Virus record (IMG/VR): IMGVR_UViG_3300020460_000012
Origin: a virus
Lineage: Duplodnaviria; Caudoviricetes
DNA length: 64,000 bases
Reading direction: 5' to 3' (one strand)
Part shown: positions 59,261 to 64,000 of the stretch, piece after piece
Numbering within the stretch: the first letter of the stretch is position 1
Layout: each line of letters starts with the position of its first letter
The notes under the pieces: generated by a model
Database searches by the model: none
What the model saw: only the letters and a program-made list of their open reading frames with translations
What the model was told of the DNA's origin: nothing
Position numbers and translations under genes: made by a program

Positions 59261-59975
59261 TTTATTTGCATTTGGTTGTAGTTATACATACGGACATGGT
59301 TTAGAAGACTGCTTCGAACTTTATCCCAATGGTAACAATGGTCCAGGAAAACTTCCTACAAGATTGGGTTACACAAATATAATTGCAAAGAAAATTGGTA
59401 GGAGGGTGATTAACTGTGCATCTCCTGGCTCAAGTAATAAATTAATTATGCATACTATAAACATGATAAAACAAGAAGAATATTATACGGTTCATCAAGG
59501 AAAAAAACTTAAAAAATTACAAACTTATTGGAGAGAAAAAATTCCTGCTATGAATCCTGATACAGATGCTGTAATAATTCAATGGAGTTACATAGACCGA
59601 CACTGTGTTTTAGATCAATATGCAGACGTGCAATTAGATAAAGTAGAAAATTTAGGACCGTGGGTAAAAAAAGGTAGATCTCCAAAATATTATAAATTTG
59701 TTTGGTCTACTTACGATGATCAAATTAGTGTATATCATTATATAAATTATGCTGATCTTACACTAAAAAACATGGGCTTTAAAAAAGTTTTACATTTGCC
59801 TCCGCCGTTGTTAAGTTTGCATAGAAGCAAATTAGAAAAGGGTTTGGTTATGGCAGATACAGATATTACACGACACTCATGTGATAAGGCTTTAGATGGC
59901 GGCCATCCAGGTCCTCTATCACAACAAGCGTATGCTGAACATTTGTTAGAGGATTATGCTGAATATTTAAAATGA
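59247..59975 (+). CDS. SGNH/GDSL-like hydrolase or acyltransferase
   Basis: FGCSYTYG (block I), PGSSN and DGGHPG (block V). Confidence 0.65.
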   Translation: MDTPSLFAFGCSYTYGHGLEDCFELYPNGNNGPGKLPTRLGYTNIIAKKIGRRVINCASPGSSNKLIMHTINMIKQEEYYTVHQGKKLKKLQTYWREKIPAMNPDTDAVIIQWSYIDRHCVLDQYADVQLDKVENLGPWVKKGRSPKYYKFVWSTYDDQISVYHYINYADLTLKNMGFKKVLHLPPPLLSLHRSKLEKGLVMADTDITRHSCDKALDGGHPGPLSQQAYAEHLLEDYAEYLK

Positions 59976-61426
59976 AAAAGATAACTGAAATAGATCCGCA
60001 AACTGCCGCACAGCAAGTATTGCCCATGTTGGATGAAATATCTCCTAGCATGTGCATGGCTAAATGGTTGTGGTCAAGTATCCATTTGACTAATGGTCTT
60101 ACTAATAGTTGTTTTTTACCTCCGCTACACAAAATTGATCCAAAAGCAGTAGAAAATAATCCAAGAGCTTTACACAATACACCAGAGAAAAAAGCACAAC
60201 GTAAAATGATGCTCAAAGGAGAACAACCAGAAGGATGTAATAGTTGTTGGAAAGTAGAAGCTCAAGGTAAACAACTTAGTGATCGTGCTTATCGCAGTTC
60301 AGAGCCCTGGGCACAACAAGGATGGGAAGAAGTTATTGCTACTGGTTCCGAAGGGGACATTGATCCAACATATTTAGAAGTAAATTTTAATCATGCTTGC
60401 AATCTTGCATGTAGTTACTGTAGTCCTCATTTGAGTAGTAAGTGGGCAGAAGATATTGAGCAAAATGGTCCATATCCTACTAAAGTTCCACACAATAGTA
60501 TTGAATATTTTAAGAGCATAGGACATTATCCTATTCCAAACAGAGAACACAATCCTTATGTGGAAGCTTTTTGGAAATGGTGGCCTGAGTTATATCCTAA
60601 ATTAAAACATTTTAGGATGACCGGAGGTGAGCCTTTAATGGATAAAAATACATTTCGTGTATTAGATTATGTCTTAGATCATCCACGAGATGATCTTAAT
60701 ATTAGCATCACCTCAAATGCAAGTGTTCCAAAAAAAAATTGGGATAGGTTTGTAGATACAGTAAGTTTCATAGATGAATATAAAAAATTAGAAAGCTTTA
60801 GGCTGTATGTAAGTGTAGACGGATGGGGAGAACAAGCCGAATATATGCGTGACGGTTTAGATTTTGAGCTTCTATGGAATAATGTAAACAATTATTTAAC
60901 TAGAACCAAAGACGGCCTAGTAACTTTTATTGTTACATTAAATATGTTGAGTATGCCAAGTGTTAAAAAACTAATGCAAGGTATTCTTGAATTACAACGT
61001 ATACATAATGTAAAAAAAACAAGGCGTGATGATAATGGAAAGTTGACATACTATGGCAACCATAGAGTATTTGTGGACACACCAGCTTTACATTATCCTG
61101 CTTGGCAAAGTTTAAAAGTATTGCCAGAGGAATTTTGGCATTACGGGGATGAGTGTTTAGAATTTATGAAAGCTAATACTGATAAACAACGTGAAAGTCG
61201 CTGGGTTGGATTCAAACCACATCAAATTAAGCGTTTTGAAAGAAGTTTAGATTTTATGAAGCAAGGATTTCCTACAGAACAAGACAAAATAAATGCACAG
61301 GAGAATTTTGTTAGATTTTTTGAAGAATACGATAAAAGAAGAAATTTAAATTTTCATAAAACATTTGTTGAATTTAGTCCTTATGTAAAAAGATGGAAGA
61401 AAAATGCGATACTCACATCATCATAA
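59972..61426 (+). CDS. Radical SAM enzyme with a twitch/SPASM-like Cys segment (paralog of 56602..58005)
   Basis: CNLACSYC, GGEPLM, CMAKW...NSC and EGCNSCW. Confidence 0.85.
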   Translation: MKKITEIDPQTAAQQVLPMLDEISPSMCMAKWLWSSIHLTNGLTNSCFLPPLHKIDPKAVENNPRALHNTPEKKAQRKMMLKGEQPEGCNSCWKVEAQGKQLSDRAYRSSEPWAQQGWEEVIATGSEGDIDPTYLEVNFNHACNLACSYCSPHLSSKWAEDIEQNGPYPTKVPHNSIEYFKSIGHYPIPNREHNPYVEAFWKWWPELYPKLKHFRMTGGEPLMDKNTFRVLDYVLDHPRDDLNISITSNASVPKKNWDRFVDTVSFIDEYKKLESFRLYVSVDGWGEQAEYMRDGLDFELLWNNVNNYLTRTKDGLVTFIVTLNMLSMPSVKKLMQGILELQRIHNVKKTRRDDNGKLTYYGNHRVFVDTPALHYPAWQSLKVLPEEFWHYGDECLEFMKANTDKQRESRWVGFKPHQIKRFERSLDFMKQGFPTEQDKINAQENFVRFFEEYDKRRNLNFHKTFVEFSPYVKRWKKNAILTSS

Positions 61427-62699
61427 TCTATTAGAAGAACATGACTTGCTTAATCCGAACAATACAGGACTGTATAGCAACTACCCTCTAGGACCTGCTT
61501 GGTTCCCTTTACGAGAAAAAACAAAGCAACAAGAAGGTTGGGACAGCATGTTTATTGATTTAGGTAAAACTTTTTTCAAAGGTGTAAATAATCCTTATGC
61601 TGTATATATGGGTGTGGGAAAAATAGGTTATCTAGAATTACCAAGCACAATACTTGATGTAAAACCTAGGAATAGAATTAGGAAAAAAGGATTAAAAATT
61701 TATTTGCTAGAACCTCTAAGTACTTACAATATCCATGAAACTAATCCTCAGCACATTTATGCAAATTATGAATTAGACGATATTGCAGATATTAGAGCTA
61801 GGGAGTTAGATAGTATTTCTATATTTGCAGAACGTAATGAACTTCCAGATGTAACAGTTTATGCTCCTGATTATAGAATAAATGAATTTTTTGGAATGAC
61901 ATATCCTAACCTAAATTTATATTGTTCACCTGTTGGTTGGATATATCCTGCAACTATGAAAATAGATATAGACATTCCAGAAAAAACTAGTATACGTGCA
62001 AAATTTTGGTGCGGTAATTGGAAGTATGGCGCTCATAGGCATTTAATTGCATCATACCTTGCTGGAAGATTTGATTCTAATGAAATAAATTTAAGTTGGA
62101 TATACAGTTCTAGTCCATCTATGCTAAAAAATAATTTATGGTTTAATTTAAAAAAATTAAAAAAATGGGAAAATCCTATTTTAAATGGTGCTCAAAAATT
62201 AGATTTACTTGCTCCTCAAACAATGGGCGTAAAAATGAAACGTGCATTAGATATTACAGAACAAGCACCGGACTTACACACGAATACAAATCCTAAAAGC
62301 TACTATGACGAAAGTTTTTGTGCTATTGTTAATGAAACAAGGTTTGCTCAAGCTACAGGATTGCTTACAGAAAAAATAATGATGCCTATGCTTAACTGTA
62401 AACCGTTTATTATGGTTGGCCCTCCAGGGAATTTAGAATATATGAAAAGATGGGGATTTGAAACATTTAGTGATTATTGGGACGAAAGCTATGATAAAGA
62501 AGAACAGCATGATAAACGTCTCGCAAAAATTTTAGGATTAATAGACTGGATAGGTTCTAAGAGTATAGAAGAATTACAAGACTTGTATGAAAGAATGTTA
62601 CCAACTTTAATGTTTAATCAAGTTAGAATTTTAGACTTACAAGAACAGTTATTAGCAGAACCTATTACAAAAAACATTTTATTCAAGAGGCTCGGATGA
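61404..62699 (+). CDS. Putative GT-B-like glycosyltransferase
   Basis: IVNETRF...TEKIMMPMLNCKPFIMVG...GFETFSDYWDESYD. Confidence 0.5.
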   Translation: MRYSHHHNLLEEHDLLNPNNTGLYSNYPLGPAWFPLREKTKQQEGWDSMFIDLGKTFFKGVNNPYAVYMGVGKIGYLELPSTILDVKPRNRIRKKGLKIYLLEPLSTYNIHETNPQHIYANYELDDIADIRARELDSISIFAERNELPDVTVYAPDYRINEFFGMTYPNLNLYCSPVGWIYPATMKIDIDIPEKTSIRAKFWCGNWKYGAHRHLIASYLAGRFDSNEINLSWIYSSSPSMLKNNLWFNLKKLKKWENPILNGAQKLDLLAPQTMGVKMKRALDITEQAPDLHTNTNPKSYYDESFCAIVNETRFAQATGLLTEKIMMPMLNCKPFIMVGPPGNLEYMKRWGFETFSDYWDESYDKEEQHDKRLAKILGLIDWIGSKSIEELQDLYERMLPTLMFNQVRILDLQEQLLAEPITKNILFKRLG

Positions 62700-63292
62700 T
62701 AATAAAAAATGACAAGCCATTAAAAATTATTGGGTATGCTGAAAGCACACTTACACAGGAAAGTTTGTTTTATGGAAAAAGTTTTGTTATAGAAGATACT
62801 AGTCTTATGACTCCGCAAGAATTCAAAGTATTGAAAAACAAAGATGATTTTCAATATTTTATAGGATTTGCTTTAGACTTAAAAGAAAGGGAACAAACTA
62901 TTGATCTTTTAGATGAATACGATAGTGATTGTGTTACATATGTTCATGATAGTGCTATAGTGTTTGACGGAGCAACTATAGGTAAAGGTTCTTGTGTTGC
63001 AAATTTTAGTTCATTAATGGCAGGAGCAACTGTAGGTAATCATTGTTTTATAGAAACTTACTGTTTAGTAAGCCACCAAACTACAATAGGAAATAATTGT
63101 ATGTTACACAGCGGTACAATGATAGCAGGAAAAACAAAAATAGGAAAAAATTGTATGTTTAATTTCAAAAGTGCCGCAATTAACAATATAGAAATATGCG
63201 ATAATGTTACTCTTGGAGCTTTTAGTAGTGCAACTAAAAGTATTACAAAAGAAGGAATCTATGTAGGCACTCCTGCAAGACTTTTAAGATGA
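62696..63292 (+). CDS. Hexapeptide-repeat sugar acetyltransferase (NeuD/PglD-like)
   Basis: Left-handed beta-helix repeats IGKGSCV, VGNHCFI, IGNNCML, IGKNCMF; ends GIYVGTPARL. Confidence 0.8.
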   Translation: MIIKNDKPLKIIGYAESTLTQESLFYGKSFVIEDTSLMTPQEFKVLKNKDDFQYFIGFALDLKEREQTIDLLDEYDSDCVTYVHDSAIVFDGATIGKGSCVANFSSLMAGATVGNHCFIETYCLVSHQTTIGNNCMLHSGTMIAGKTKIGKNCMFNFKSAAINNIEICDNVTLGAFSSATKSITKEGIYVGTPARLLR

Positions 63293-64000
63293 AAATCCAT
63301 AAAAAGAAAAAATTACTAATTACAAGTGGTTGTAGTTTTAGCGAAACTTCAAATCAAATGCAATCGTGGCCTATTCAATTAAATAGACACTTTCAGAATT
63401 TTGGATTAATATCAAAAGGAATGAGTAGCCAAGGCAACGGATTGATTGCAAGAAGTATAATTTATGAAGTAAGTAAAGCTCTTGAAGATACTCTTCCTCA
63501 GAATATTATTGTAGGTATAGGATGGTCGGGTGCTGATAGGCACGAAGTTTGGGTAGATAATCCAACATGCCAACAATATAATAATACAGATGGTTGGATA
63601 CAAAATCCTACTGGGTTTATTGATGGCACTAAAAGTTGGGAAATATTTAATCATCATTGGACCACAACAAAATCAAAAATTTTTTATAAAAATTTTTATA
63701 CTGAGGTAGGAAAATTAATTGATACTATTGAGAATGTTTTAAGGGTACAATGGTTTTTAGAAAAACATAATATTAAATACTTTATGACTAGAATGTGTGA
63801 TTGGCAAGATAGCCTTGCTGAACATCATGCTGAAATAGGATATTTAGTAAAGCTTATTGATAAAACTAAATTTTTACCAGTAATGGGTATGTATGAATGG
63901 GCCAGGGACGAATCAGGACTTCCTTTAGGCCCAGACGATTACCATCCAACAGTAGCACAACATATAATGTTCACTCAAGAAATTATATTGCCATTTTTGA
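63289..64000 (+). CDS. SGNH/GDSL-like protein, open at the window edge
   Basis: Not in the track. Hand translation from ATG 63289 (ATGA overlap) gives MKIHKKKKLLITSGCSFSE...GMSSQGNGLIAR...GWSGADR...DDYHPT with no stop. Confidence 0.72.
   Translation, partial: MKIHKKKKLLITSGCSFSETSNQMQSWPIQLNRHFQNFGLISKGMSSQGNGLIARSIIYEVSKALEDTLPQNIIVGIGWSGADRHEVWVDNPTCQQYNNTDGWIQNPTGFIDGTKSWEIFNHHWTTTKSKIFYKNFYTEVGKLIDTIENVLRVQWFLEKHNIKYFMTRMCDWQDSLAEHHAEIGYLVKLIDKTKFLPVMGMYEWARDESGLPLGPDDYHPTVAQHIMFTQEIILPFL

Noticed and set aside
63412-63657. Minus-strand 81-aa ORF
   Set aside because: Antisense to an untracked plus-strand SGNH-like gene starting at 63289.
1-64000. Stop-codon reassignment or inteins
   Set aside because: Standard-code ORFs tile the window densely (including a 15.8-kb ORF), and no intein splice motifs or oversized gp46/47 or portal proteins were seen.

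Overview
This is an AT-rich segment of a large T4-like (myovirus-type) phage genome, read in the standard code. The left part is mostly on the minus strand: a head module (partial scaffold, gp21 prohead protease, acidic core protein, gp20 portal) with a 975-aa tape-measure-like gene. Diverging from it is a tail-assembly-chaperone pair joined by a canonical-looking -1 frameshift signal at 8584-8630. Next come two probable internal head proteins, a ~450-bp non-coding gap (48% GC in its core) that folds into a multi-helix, pseudoknotted candidate RNA directly downstream of a GIY-YIG nuclease, then gp46/gp47 and a gp55-like late sigma factor. The middle, on the plus strand, is a baseplate and tail-fibre operon: gp48-like, gp53-like, hub, gp5 with a C-terminal lysozyme-like domain, gp25, gp6, a 5265-aa wedge/adhesin, three paralogous fibres and two paralogous structural proteins. 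The right end is a dense glycosyltransferase / radical-SAM / SGNH / acetyltransferase cluster with a duplicated module. There are three perfect TTGACA-N17-TATAAT promoters and many TAAATA late-promoter motifs. No tRNA, CRISPR array, intein, integrase or reverse transcriptase was seen. All protein family calls come from motif recognition by eye, not database searches.
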